Positions 1 through 12,004 of a stretch of DNA of 64,000 nt are shown here, one piece after another (the first letter of the stretch is position 1; the number at the start of each line of letters is the position of its first letter). The stretch comes from Malacoraja senta. Its lineage: Eukaryota. The position numbers and the translations under genes are program-made. The stretch is from assembly GCA_038087875.1 (NCBI GenBank), contig CM075988.1:3472001-3536000 (forward strand). Direction: 5' to 3'. The notes below the pieces were generated by a model that was given only the letters and a program-made list of their open reading frames with translations, was not told the DNA's origin and made no database searches.

Positions 1-226
1 ACACAGACACACACACATAGAGACACACGCTGACACACACACGCAGACACACACACACACACAGACACACCCACACACACACACACACCCACACACATGC
101 ACGCACAGACACACAGACACACACACACATAGAGACACACGCAGACACACACACACACGCAGACACACACACATGCAGACACACACACACGCAGACACAC
201 ACACAGACAGACACACACACACCAAC
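1..226. repeat. (CA)n-rich degenerate microsatellite
   Basis: Runs of acacac interspersed with gcag/acag. Confidence 0.95.
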
Positions 227-322
227 ACGATGAATACTTTTAGTTATATTATATGATATATAATATATGCACACAGATATATACATATATATAATGAAAA
301 CAATACAATGAAAAATAAAAAT

Positions 323-323
<1 letters not shown>

Positions 324-405
<82 letters not shown>

Positions 406-408
406 TTT
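324..408. repeat. (TC)n microsatellite followed by poly-T
   Basis: Directly visible. Confidence 0.95.
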
Positions 409-504
409 ACAAATTCTGTAGTGCTGCTGCAAGTAAGAATTACATCATTCTGATTGCGAACAAAACACTCTTGACCCTCTTGACTTGGTGCTCTAAGTTC
501 CCGA

Positions 505-700
505 GTTACACTTTCCACTACATCACCAATACTGTTTGTGGTTCTATCTACAGCCTCCACCAATGTTTCCTTATTCTTGCTATTTCTCAACTGCATCCAA
601 GCTAATTCTACTTCGAGACTGTCTGTGTCATTTCCACTGTCTTTATCTTCAGTAGCAGACATACCGCGCGCCTCATTTCGTTGTTTCCCCAGTCCACTGT
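505..700 (-). mobile_element. Old CR1 LINE AP-endonuclease fragment
   Basis: ORF 249..770 peptide ELAWMQLRNSKNKETLVEAVDRTTNS resembles ELRNGKGVATLIGVYYRPPN of the CR1 at 56124. Confidence 0.6.
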
Positions 701-856
701 TGTTGATAAGGGTAGAAGCAGCTTGAAATTCTGTGCAGATCAGAGAATAACAGTTACCATTCCAGATCACTCATCTTTCATCTGAACGATGAAATGCTTG
801 AAGTAAAATGGTTGCAGTGAGGGGAGGAGGAGGGGAGAACAAAAGAAATGGCCACT

Positions 857-1060
857 GGGGAGAAGGAATGGGTGACGCTTCAGGTTGAGACCCTTCTTCA
901 GACTGACAGTCACGCCCTTTTCCCGTGACTTTCAGTCTGAAGAAGGGTCTCGTCCCGAAACATCACCCATTCCTTCTCTCCAGAGATCATGCCTGTCCTG
1001 CTGTCCAGCATTTTGTCTCTATCTTCAGTTTAAACCAGCATCTGCAGTTCCTTCTTACAC
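857..1060. mobile_element. Penelope pLTR-derived fold-back unit
   Basis: Arms ~861-914 and 924-977 are reverse complements around a 9-nt loop. The sequence matches the pLTR of the Penelope at 62118-62330. Confidence 0.8.
934..967 (+). ncRNA. Minimal type I hammerhead ribozyme-like motif (Penelope pLTR)
   Basis: agt-CTGAAGA-aGGGtctcgtCCC-GAAA-caTC-acc: conserved cores, short helices I and III. Confidence 0.45.
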
Positions 1061-1728
1061 AAAGGGCCTGTTGTGGTTGAGAGGGTAAGAGAGACTGAGT
1101 GATAGATCATGTGGTGTTGCAGGTGGAGATAGGGTGGAGAAGGCTTGTCTCTTGTAGATAGTCTGCTGGAGGAGATGTACATAGACAGTCTGAAGTGTTG
1201 CTGAAATTATGGGAAATAAACTCTGCAGTTGTCGGAAATCTGTAGTAAAGGGAAAATACCCAACAGATAAAGTGGTATCTGTCTTGCAGTTTAGTTTATT
1301 ATTGCCACGTGTACCGAGGTGCAGTGACAAGCTTTTGTTGCGTGCTATCCAGTCAGCGGAAAGACAATACATGATTACAATGGATACATTTACAGTGTAT
1401 TGATACATGATAAAAGTCAGAAATGTTGCTGCAGGAGTAGAGATTTAAGAGTGTGGGGCGATTGTAATATGTGGTTGTATCTGCTTCTGTGGCTAGCACA
1501 CAAATAGTCGCCTACGTAGGGCGCCATCGTGGAAGCAGTCTGTGGTGAAAGAACACCTGAGTTAATATCACAGCTCAATGACCTTTCATCAGAACTGGAC
1601 AGTTCCACCCAGTGGAACCGTAAGAAATAGAGGCAAGAGAAGAAATTGTCCACCTGTGCTTATGCTCTCATTTAATTTTCCTGCTGAACTTTGACCCCAA
1701 TGCCACTTTTCTGCACTTGCGTTTGACA

Positions 1729-2775
1729 CAGAACAGTACAGCACACGGACAGGCCCCTCAGCCCACAATGTCGGTACCCAATATGATGCCGTTAAACTAA
1801 CTCCTCTGTCTGCCCATGATCCAGACCACTCCACACTCGGTATATCCGTATGCATACCAAAAAGCCTCTTAAATATCTGCCCTCATCACCAGCCCCCAGC
1901 AACAGATTCCAGTCATCCACCATCCTCTGTGTAAAAACTTGCCCCGGACCTCTTTGCCTCTCTCACTTTAAAGCTATGATCTTTAGACAATAGACAATAG
2001 ACAATAGACAATAGACAATAGGTGCAGGAGTGGGCCATTCGGCCTTTCGATCCATTCAATATGATCATGGCTGATCATCCCCAATCAGTACCCCGTTCCT
2101 GCCTTCTCCCCATATCCCCTGACTCCGCTATTATTAAGAGCCCTATCTAGCTCTCTCTTGAAAGCATCCAGAGAACCTGCCTCCACCGCCCTCTGAGGCA
2201 GAGATTCCAAGGCGACTCTAGTCTTTGACATTTTCACCCTGGGAGAAACGTTTTTACTGTCTACACTATCTAGCCCTGTCATCATTTTATATACTCCTAT
2301 CAGGTCTTCCCTCAGCCTCTGGAACGTTTCAGCGAAAACAATCCAAGTTTGTCCAACCTCTCCTTATAACTCATAAGATCATAAGATCATAAGATCATAA
2401 GATCCTGTGATAGGAATAGAATTAGGCCATTCGGCCCATCAAATCTGTTCCGCCATTCAATCATGGCTGATCTATCTCTCCCTCCTAACCCCATTCTCTT
2501 GCCTTCTCCCCATAACCTGTGACACCCGTACCAATCAAGAATCTATCTCTCTGTGCCTTCAATATATCCACTGACTTTTCCTCCACAGCCTTCTATGGCA
2601 AAGAATTCCACCGATTCACCACCCTCTGACGAATTTTTACTCATCTACTTCCTAAAAGAATGTCCTTTAATTCTGAGGCTATGACCTCTAGTCCTAGACT
2701 GACATCTTCTAATCTAGGCAACATTCGGGTAAACCTCTCCTGCGCCTTTTCCAAAGTGTTGATATCCTTCCTGCA
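1729..2775 (-). mobile_element. Nested CR1/HER1 LINE 3' fragments
   Basis: CR1 3' ends with (ACAATAG)n and (AAGATCAT)n tails; LPQRAVEAGSLDAFKRELD peptide (ORF 2085..2285). Confidence 0.85.
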
Positions 2776-3061
2776 ATGGAAAACAAGATGGTTTCTAGTT
2801 GGTCTTCACCGGACCACTCTAGGTGTCCAAAGTGAGACAGGTTAGAAAGGGAGTGGAATGGATGATTGCAGGATAGGCAGCTGGGGTGTGTTTTGCAATG
2901 TTCAGATGGTAGTGAACCAGTCACTATATTATAACCAAGACAATCTAAGGTGCATGATCGTATGTTGATTCAGGAATATTGGACAAAAAGCAAACTGCTT
3001 AGTTGGATAATTCTGGGACTACTGATCTGGTGCTCTGAGAGCTCCATGGTATTGATAGCTC

Positions 3062-3395
3062 AGTTTATTTTTAGTTTAGTTTAGAGATACCGCGCGGAAA
3101 CAAGCCCTTCGGCCCATGGAGTCTGCACCAACCAGCGATCCCCGCACATTAACACTATCCTACAAACACGAGGGACAATTTTTTGAAAACATTTATACCA
3201 AGCCAATTAACCCACAAACCTGTAGGTCTTTGGAGTGTGGGAGGAAACCAAAGATCTCAGAGAAAACCCACGTGGTCACGGACAGAACATACAAACTCCA
3301 TACAGACAGCACCCGTAGTCGGGATCGAACCCTGGTCTCTGGCGCTGTAAGCACTGTAAGGCAGCAACTCTACCGCTGCGCCACTGTGCCGCCCA
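3062..3395 (-). mobile_element. HE1-type V-SINE
   Basis: tRNA-like head, V-domain (TGCGTGGGTTTTCTCC...CCCACACTCCAAAGA), CR1-derived tail and (CTAAA)n. Confidence 0.85.
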
Positions 3396-3465
3396 TATAG
3401 GGATGTGCACTTTGGCACCATGTGTATAAAGGTGTCCAGGCACATTTCAAACAACTCATCAGAAT

Positions 3466-3915
3466 GGCACAGTGGTACAGTGGGTGGAGCTGCTGTCTCG
3501 GAGCGCTAGAGACACAGGTTAGCTGCTGACTTTGGGTGCTGACTGTGTGGAGTTTGCACGTTCTCCCTGTGACAGGTTGGATTTTCTCCGGTGCTCTGGT
3601 TTTCTACCACATTCCAAAGACGTGCAGGTGTGTAGGTTAATTGGGTTCTGTAAATTTCCTCTAGTGTGTAGGATAACATAGAACTAGGGTGATCGTTGGT
3701 CGCCGTGGAGACGGTAGGCCGAGGAGCCTGTTTCAATTCTGTATCTCTAAAATTGAAACTGAAAATGTGGGTTTCTTCTGGGTGCTCTGGTTTCCTCTCA
3801 CATCCCAAAGATGTTCAGATTCGTAGGTTAATTGGCCTCTGTAAATAAAAAGAAATCCCCCTGACATGTAGGGCGTTGATGAGAAAGTGGGAGAACATAG
3901 AACTAGTGTGAACCT
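3466..3915 (+). mobile_element. V-SINE plus a second partial copy
   Basis: Same family motifs. Confidence 0.75.
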
Positions 3916-3924
3916 GAACAAATA

Positions 3925-4174
3925 CAGGGCTGCCAACATTGGGTGAGAGTTGAGAGTGAGAAATTGTGAGGGAGCATAGCGACCGAAGGGGGGGGAGGGT
4001 GTGGGAGGGGGGTGTCACCCCTCCCACGGTAGGGAGCTTTCGCATTTTTCAGCTTGAAATTGTACAAACTGGTGCATACTGTAACGAGTCTTTTAACATA
4101 CACTTGAATGCAATATTTATGCTTTAAATTGGATTAGGTATGAAAAAGGTTAGGCTAAATTACATTCCTAATTA
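3925..4174. mobile_element. Probable non-autonomous DNA transposon end (hAT-like CAGGG start), cut by the gap
   Basis: Starts CAGGGCTGCCAAC and has a GGGAGGGTGTGGGAGGGGG...CCCCTCCCAC internal hairpin motif. The other end is not visible. Confidence 0.45.
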
Positions 4175-4374
4175 NNNNNNNNNNNNNNNNNNNNNNNNNN
4201 NNNNNNNNNNNNNNNNNNNNNNNNNNNNNNNNNNNNNNNNNNNNNNNNNNNNNNNNNNNNNNNNNNNNNNNNNNNNNNNNNNNNNNNNNNNNNNNNNNNN
4301 NNNNNNNNNNNNNNNNNNNNNNNNNNNNNNNNNNNNNNNNNNNNNNNNNNNNNNNNNNNNNNNNNNNNNNNNNN
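4175..4374. other. Assembly gap (200 N)
   Basis: Run of N; the round size suggests a scaffold join of unknown true length. Confidence 0.99.
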
Positions 4375-4398
4375 TGATGACTAATACCCAAACACAGA

Positions 4399-4730
4399 GG
4401 GCGGCACGGTGGAGCAGCGGTAGAACTACTGCCTTACAGCGCCAGAGACCCAAGTTCAATCCTTCCTGACTACGAGTGCTTGTCTGTATGGGGTTTGTAC
4501 GTTCTCCCCGTGACATGCGTGGGTTTTCTCTGAGATCTTCGATTTCCTCCCACACTCCAAAGGTATGCAGGTTAATTTGCTTGTTTAAAATTGTCCCTCG
4601 TGTGTGTAGGATAGTGTTAATGTGCGGGGACCGGTGGTCGGTGTGGACTCGGTGGGCCGAAGGGCCTGTTTCCGGGCTGTATCTCTAAACTAAACTAAAC
4701 TAAACTAAACTAAACTAAACTAAACTAAAC
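4399..4730 (+). mobile_element. Full-length V-SINE with long (CTAAA)n tail
   Basis: GGGCGGCACGGTGG head through the tail at 4685-4730. Confidence 0.9.
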
Positions 4731-5084
4731 GCAGACTAGATGACCACTTTGCTGAACACCTCAGCTCTTTCTGCCATGGCCATCCAGACCTCCCATTGTT
4801 TCTCTTCTTTCCATTCACAACTTGGCCTCCAAGGCCACCTCTGGCAATGAATTCCACAGAAGGCAGGAGAATGGGGTTGAGAGGGAAAGATCAATCAGCC
4901 ATGATTTTGATGTAACTTTGATGTAATTGAGACGCTAAACCTGTCACCATGAAACAGCCAGTGTCTTTGTTTAACTCTTGTCCTTTGCCTCTCGTGCTCG
5001 ACCGGTTTCTCCAGTTGTTGGCCGTAATTGATTAGCATTCTCAGTGAGCACAAGTCATGAATCATCCTAGTGAGTGGCAACCTG

Positions 5085-5860
5085 GAAATGTTTATTGACA
5101 GAGAAATATGAGCTGTTGCATTTTGGAAAGTCTAACATGGGCATGACTCACACAGTGGAAGGTAGGGCTCTGGGGAGTATTGTAGAGCAGAGGCATCTAG
5201 GAGTGCAGGTGCATGGTTCCTTGAAGGTCAAGTCGCCGGTAGATCGGGTGGTCAAAAAGGCTTTTGACACATTGGCCTTCATCAGTCAGAGTACCGAGTA
5301 TAGAAATTTGGAGGTCATGTTGCAGTTACATAAGACATTGGTGAGGCTGCTTTTAGAGTTTTGTGTTCAGTTCTGGGTACCATGTTATAGGAGAGATGTT
5401 GTCAAGCTGGAAAGAGTACAGAGAAGATTTACAAGGATATTGCTGGGGCTCGAGGGCCTGAGCTATAGGGAGAGGTTGAGTAGGCTGGGGCCATATTCCT
5501 AGGAGCGCAGGTGGATGAGGGGTGATTTTATGGAAGTGTATAAAATCGTAGGAGGAATAGATCAGGTAGATGCACAGACTCTTGCCAGAGTAGGTGAATT
5601 GAGGACCAGAGGACAAAGGTTTAGGGTGAAGGGGAAAGATTTAATAGGAATCTGAGGGATAATGTTTTCTCATGAAGGGTGGTGGGTGTAATCAACGAGG
5701 TGCCAGAGAAGGTAGTTGAAGCTGGGACTATCCCAACATGTAAGAAACAATTAGACAGGTACATGGATAGGACAGGTTTAGAGTGATATGGGGCATATTG
5801 GTCAACTTGGGCAGGTTGGGCAGACGGACCTGTTTCCACTATGGAAACTCAATGACTCTA
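5085..5860 (+). mobile_element. CR1 ORF2 3' fragment
   Basis: ORF 5074..5502 LVRLLLEFCVQFW...LERVQRRFTR, followed by CR1 3' UTR. Confidence 0.9.
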
Positions 5861-6161
5861 AGGTGAAAAATCTGTCCTTAGAGTCTTTTCTGCAATGGTT
5901 GTTTTAAAATCTGTCAGTATCTTTCATCCATCAACCGAAGCCTGAATGATGTGCGTTCCTTGAAGAGCTGTGAATGGATCTGGATCTATGTCCCTACCAG
6001 CAATTCATGATATGATGGGAGACAGGTCATTCACGAAGCAGTTGAAGATAGCTGGGTAGAGGTTGTTGCTGTCGAGAGCTCCTTCCTTAATGCAGACTCA
6101 AGCAACTGCAGATGCTGGAATTTTGCGTATTATCCCAAGTGCAGGAGTAACTCAGCGGATC

Positions 6162-6712
6162 ATAGAGACATAGAGTGATACAGCGTGGATACAGGCCCTT
6201 GGCCCAACTTGCCCACACTGACCAACATGTCCCATCTACACTAGTCCCACCTGCCTGCATTAGGCCTATATCCCTCAAAACCCATCCTATCCATGTACCT
6301 GTCAAAATATTTCTTAAACATTGCGATAGTACTCGCCCCAACTACCTCCTCCGGCAGGTCGATCCATACACCCACCACCCTTTGTGTGGAAATGTTAGCA
6401 CTCAGATTTCCATTCAATCTTTTCCCCTCATCTTAACCTATATCCTCTAGTTCTCGAATCCCCTACTCTGGGCAAAAGGCGTTTACCTGATCAATTCTTC
6501 TCATGACTTTGTACACCTCACATCCTCCTCTGCTCCAGGGATTAAAGTCCTGACCTCCTGAACCTCTCCTTATAGCTCAGTCCCCTAAGTCTTGGCAACA
6601 TCCTGGTAAATCTTTTCTGAACCCTTTCAAGCATGACAACATCTCTCCCATAACATGGTGCCCAAAAATGAACACAATATTCTAAATGTGGTCTCACCAA
6701 AGTCTTATACAT
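6162..6712 (-). mobile_element. CR1 ORF2 3' fragment
   Basis: YKTLVRPHLEYCVHFWAP (ORF 6542..6730). Confidence 0.9.
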
Positions 6713-7045
6713 GCCAACAGCAGGCAGCAACTCTCGAGGACAAGGGTAGGCAATGTTTTGGATTGGGAACCCTCTTCAGACTTACATGACCTGAAACGGC
6801 GCCTATCCATGTCCTCCAGAGATGGTGCCTGACCCACTGAGTTACTTGGTGCTGAAGTTACATGTTTTTCACAACCAGCTTCCACTTCTGAACTCCACAG
6901 ATCACCGCATGTGAAATGCTTCTCAAGTATGGCATGTTGTGTTGCAGGATATTTAAATATTTCTCCGTGAACCAGATTTGCAGAGAGAAAGGAAGATTTG
7001 TAGGATTCTAAGACCTTTTGGGATCTCATGCCAAAGGTCAAAATG

Positions 7046-8066
7046 TCATGTCATAAGTGATAGGAGAATTAGGCCACTTGGACAATCAAATCTACTCCAC
7101 CATTCAATCATAGCTGATCTATTTCTCCCTCCTAACCCCATTCCCCTGCCTTCTCCCCATAACTCTTGACACCCATACTAATCAAGAATCTACCTATCTC
7201 TGCCTTCAAAATATCCATTAAAGGCCTCCACAGCCTTCTGTGGCAAATAATTCCACAGATTCACCACCTTCCGACTAAAGAAATTCCTCCTCATCTCCTT
7301 CCCAAAGGAACGTCCTTTAATTCTGAGGCTGTAACCTCTGGTCATAAACTCTCCCACTAGTGGAAACATCCTCTCCACCTCCACTCTATCCAAGCCTTTC
7401 ACTATTCGGTAAGTTTCAATGAGATTCCCACCTTATTCTTCTAAACTCCAGCGAGTACAGGCCCAGTGCCGTCAAACGCTCAACATATGTTAACCTACTC
7501 ATTCCTGGGATCATTCTTGTAAACCTCCTCTGGACCCTCTCCTGGGCCAGCGCATACTTCACATCGATGCCCAAAATTGCTCACAATATTCCAAATGTGG
7601 CCAGACCTAAACCTTAAAGCCCTCTCAAAATAAATACTAGCATTACATTTGCCTTCTTTACTACCAATTCGATTTGCAGATTAACCTTTTGGTAATCCTG
7701 CACACCTAAGTTACTTTGCACCTCTGATTTCTGGATTCTCTCCCCACTTAGAAAATAGTCTATTTTCCTTATTCCTTCTACCAAATTGCAGGATAGTGTT
7801 AAGGTGCAGGGATCGCTGGTTGGTGCAGACTCGGTGGGCCGATGGGCCTATTCCATGCTGTATGTCTAAAAATAATCTGCCCTTTGATATCATGGGCTCT
7901 CATCTTCCTTGGCACCCACATTTGTGGCACCTTATCAAATACCTTATCAAATACTTTCTGAAAATCTAGATAAACACCACCCACTGACTCTCCTTTGTCT
8001 GTCCGCCTATTTACTTCTTCAAAGAATTCCAGCAGATTAATCAGGCAAGATCTCCCTTTCACAAAA
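7046..8066 (-). mobile_element. Fragmented CR1 with an internal SINE 3' piece
   Basis: GRSCLINLLEFFEEV...YLDFQKVFDKV and MFPLVGEFMTRG peptides. Confidence 0.85.
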
Positions 8067-9290
8067 CCTCATCGTTTATGGGAAGAAGCGTCTGAACACG
8101 AAACGTCATGCCTTCCTTCTCTCCAGAGATGCCGCCTGTCCTGCTGAATTACTACAGCTTTGTGTGTCTAACCTCATCCTTTATGATGGACTCTAAAATC
8201 GTACCAAGCACTGGTCAGACGATAGTTCTCACTATTCTGTTTTGCTCCCTTCTTGTACTGCGGGGTAATATTGGCAATCTTCCAAAGAATATTAAAAGTG
8301 CGTTTACTCTTGTAAAATAGGAGTTTGCTCCTTTAAAGTGTGTTTTATGTTGTACCCGACAATCTAAGAATTCACCCTGTACAGTCTCAAATTTCACTGA
8401 AATGCGTTGGTATTCGCATTTCTTGCATGGCCCAGTGTGATAAGAAGAATTGGCAGTTATCCAACCAATTCTTAGAATGTGTAATTTAATAAAAGGAATT
8501 TGTCAACAGCCATGAACCCAATGTAGTCGCCGCTATGGATGGCCCAATGTACAAGTCCTGACGTCGGAGTTTTGATCATCCTAACGAGAGGGCTTGTACA
8601 TCGGGCCATCCATAGCAGCGACTACGGAGGGTTCATGGCCCCGACCATGGGTGAACAAGGAGGACTGGCTGAACTCTGATGCCTTTCACCACAGTGAATA
8701 ATGCTATGGTGGATGTTTATGTTAAATCTTATTGTGTATTGTGTGTTCTTTTTAAGTGTATCGCTGTTGACAAATTCATTTTCTGTCGACACAAAAAGCC
8801 GGAGTAACTCAGCGGGACAGGCGGCATCTCTGGAGAGAAGGAATGGCTGACGTTTCGGTTCGAGAGCGTCTTTTAGTTCCTCATTTCTTACATTGCTTAC
8901 TATGTTGACATATTCTGTTGTGCTGCTGCAAGTAAGAATGTCATTGTTCCATCTGGGACATGTGGCAATGGAACACTCTTGACACTTGACTCTTGATTTC
9001 CTTCCATCCAGAGATGCTGCCTGTCACAGTAAGTTACTGCAGCATTCTGTGTCTGTCTTGGGTGGGCCGAATGGCCTGATTCCACACTGCATCTATAAAT
9101 TAAGCTATAACAAAACTCAACATGGAAGAGGCAAGAAGCTTTTTAACATCTAAACAAAGAGCTGGTGTGAGAGGGAGCATAACACAGCTGCAACCATGTG
9201 GAAATATCACCTCTTGTGTACTCCATGTGGGAGCATCATATTACAGGATTAAAGATTACGAATGAGCTCTTCAGAGTTCTGGAGTTGCAG

Positions 9291-9901
9291 GACACAGAGC
9301 AGAAACAGGTCCTTCGGCCCACCGAGTCCACGCCGACCAGCGATCACCCCGTACACTAGCACTATCCTGCACACTAGGGCCAATTTACAATTTTATAGAA
9401 GCCAATCAACTTACAAACCTGCACGTGTTTGGAGTGTGGGAGGAAACCAGAGCACCTGGAGAAAACCCACACAGGTCACAGGGAGAACGTACAAACTCCG
9501 AACAGACAGCACCCGTAGTCTGGATCGAACCCAGGTCTCCGGCACTGTAGAGGGGCTGTCCCACTCTACGAGCTAATTCAAGACCTCCCCCGAGTTTAAA
9601 AAAAAATCAAACTTGTGGTAAGCACGTAGAATGTAGGTAGCGGGTACGTCGGAGCTCGGGACGTCTCTTAGCGGCTCGTAACGCTAACGGCAGGTACTCG
9701 GGAAACGCGGTAAGCTTGTGAAGACTCGTGAAGATTTTTCAATGAGAAAAATGTCCACGAGAGCCCGGAGTACCTATGAGCGGCTATTACCGTAATTCTC
9801 TGAGTTCGAATTAGGGGAAACTCGGGAGAACTCTTGAATTAGCTCGTACAGTGGGACAGCCCCTTAAGGCAGCTATTCTACCGCTGTGCCACCGTGCTGC
9901 C
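9291..9901 (-). mobile_element. V-SINE interrupted by a Harbinger MITE
   Basis: The SINE sequence resumes exactly after the MITE. Confidence 0.85.
9551..9864. mobile_element. PIF/Harbinger MITE
   Basis: TIRs AGGGGCTGTCCCACT...AGTGGGACAGCCCCT with longer imperfect subterminal inversion; 3-bp TSD TAG/TAA. Confidence 0.9.
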
Positions 9902-9979
9902 CCAATCCTTTTTATTATTTCCCACATTGTCATCATCTCATTAAGACGAGAATGGCGAAGTTTAAAGATGGTGGTGAAT

Positions 9980-10275
9980 GACAATAGACAATACGTGCAG
10001 GAGTAGGCCATTCGGCCCTTTGAGCCAGCACCACCATTCAATGTGATCATGACTGATCATCCACAATCAGTACCCCGTTCCTGCCTTCTCCCCATATCTT
10101 TAAGAGCCCCATCTAGCTCTCTCTTGAAAGCATCCAAAGAACTGGCCTCCACCGCCTTCTGAGGCAGAGAATTCCACAGACTCACAACTCCCTGTGTGAA
10201 AAAGTGTTTCCTCATCTCCGTTCTAAATGGCATACCCCTTATTCTTAATCTGTGGCCCCTGGTTCTGCACTCCCC
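9980..10275 (-). mobile_element. CR1 3' fragment
   Basis: RTRGHRLRIRG...WNSLPQKAVEA. Confidence 0.85.
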
Positions 10276-10684
10276 CACTCTATCTTCTGCCTAATTCTAC
10301 TCCTATTCCTTTTGACCTTATGACCTGTGTAATCTTCACAAGATTTATCTTAATGGCCTTTGCGTTCTTCCCATTTCATTTTTGTTTGATCACACTTTAT
10401 ATAAAATGAATATTTAATTATTTCCCTGCCTGAAAAAACAATAAGTTAGTTTGTTTATTTGAACTTACGCATCATGACCTGACAGTGGGAATACTGAGAA
10501 ATGACTTAGCCCCTTGGTGAAACTCGTAAAGTTGCTAACTCACAGCGTCGACGACCCACGTTCGATCCTGACCTCTGCCGTTATTTGGGTAGTGTTTGCA
10601 CGTTCTCCAGGACTTTCCCTGGGTGCTCTTGTAATATGCACACCACTTATAATGCCGACTTCTGGTGCCCACTCTCACTGCCCT

Positions 10685-11178
10685 GAGCGGAGGTGTTCAG
10701 CGAAACGATCGCCGCGCCTGCGCTTACAGTCCGATTACGGACCTACAGTTTGCTTTCTACTGCCTGATCTCCCGGTTGTTCAGCACCTTTACTGCCCCTC
10801 CCATTCCCAATCTGACTTTTCTGTCCTGGGCCTCCTCCATTGTCTGAGTGATGCCCAGCGCAAATTGGGGGAACAGCACGTCATATTTCGCTTGAGCAGC
10901 TTACGCCCCAGCGGTATGAACATTGACTTCTCAAACTTCAAGTAGCCCTTGCTTTCCCTCTCTCTCCATTCCCTCCCCCTTCCCAGTTCTCCCACCAGTC
11001 TTACTGTCTCTGACTACATTCTATATCTGTCCCACCCACTCCTCTGACATCAGTCTGAAGAAGGGTCTCGACACAAAACGTCACCCATTCCTTCTCTCCA
11101 GAGATGCTGCCTGTCCCGCTGAGTTACTCCAGCATTTTGTGTCGATTTAAACCTGCATCTACAGTTCTTTCCTACACC
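10685..11178 (+). mobile_element. Penelope 3' fragment (GIY-YIG C-terminus plus pLTR) with an inverted 5' piece
   Basis: PDLPVVQH...RKLGEQHVIFRLSSLRPSGMNIDFSNFK*; 10685-10725 is an inverted KRRxGDRFAEHLRS segment. Confidence 0.85.
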
Positions 11179-11224
11179 TTCAGCCCACCGAGTCCATGCC
11201 GACCATCGATTATCCGTTCACACT

Positions 11225-11551
11225 AGTTTAGTTTAGTTTAGTTTAGAGATACAGCGCGGAAACAGGCCCTTCGGCCCACCAGGCCTGCGACGACCAGCGA
11301 TCCCCGCAAATTAACATTATCCCATACCCACTATGGACAATTTTTACATTTACACCAAGTCAATTAACCTACAAACCTGTACGTCTTTGGAGCGTGGGAG
11401 GAAACCGAAGATCTCGGAGAAAACCCACGCAGGTCACAGGGAGAATGTACAAACTCCGTACAGACAGCACCCATAGTCGGGATTGAACCTGGGTCTCTGG
11501 CGCTGCATTCGCTGTAAGGCAGCAACTCTATCGCTGCGCCACTGTGACCGC
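11225..11551 (-). mobile_element. V-SINE (duplicated at ~15251-15580)
   Basis: Family motifs. Confidence 0.85.
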
Positions 11552-12004
11552 CCGTGTTATCCCACTTTCTCACCCTCTCCCGGCATACTGGGGAATTTAC
11601 AGATGGCCAATTAACCTACAAACCCGCACGTCTTTGGGATGTGGGAGATTAATAAGAATGTCAGGGGGTGACTTACCATCACCCGGCGGGGTCACAGCCG
11701 TGCGATTTGAAGGGGAGTTTGGTGGGGCGATACTCCCCTGTGCCATTGTCCTTGTCCTCTTGAAGATGTTTTGTGAGTTTGAAGAGGCTCGCTAAAACCC
11801 AAGAGTGAAATAGAGGGCTGGGGTCATGTCGGTGGCACATGGAAAGCGGCCAAGACAGCTGAACACTCTGTCAACAGGGAAGAGGAACTTGCACAATCCA
11901 GAAGTACGAGGGTTCAGGAGGTGGTTAAGAATGCATCAATTGTTTGGATATGTGTGAAACCAGTCTTGCAACAAAGAAATACATCAGTCACCACCTCTCC
12001 TGAC

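Noticed and set aside
244..605. ER- and SL-repeat ORFs
   Set aside because: They are the (TC)n microsatellite.
1209..1290. CSCRKSVVKGK peptide resembling the start of sialylmotif L (CxxCxVVGN)
   Set aside because: It lacks the second Cys, GN and the downstream LG..ID..D.V.R residues, and runs into a repeat tail. Likely chance.
4399..4475. tRNA genes (here and at other SINE heads)
   Set aside because: These are tRNA-derived SINE heads fused to the V-domain and CR1 tail, without a proper cloverleaf.
4140..4555. ORFs spanning the N run
   Set aside because: Artefacts of the gap.
8183..8265. Hydrophobic stretch TIVLTILFCSLLVLR as a possible signal-anchor exon of the sialyltransferase
   Set aside because: Weak splice signals, and no stem or L-motif exons found between it and 36928. 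It cannot be supported without RNA data.
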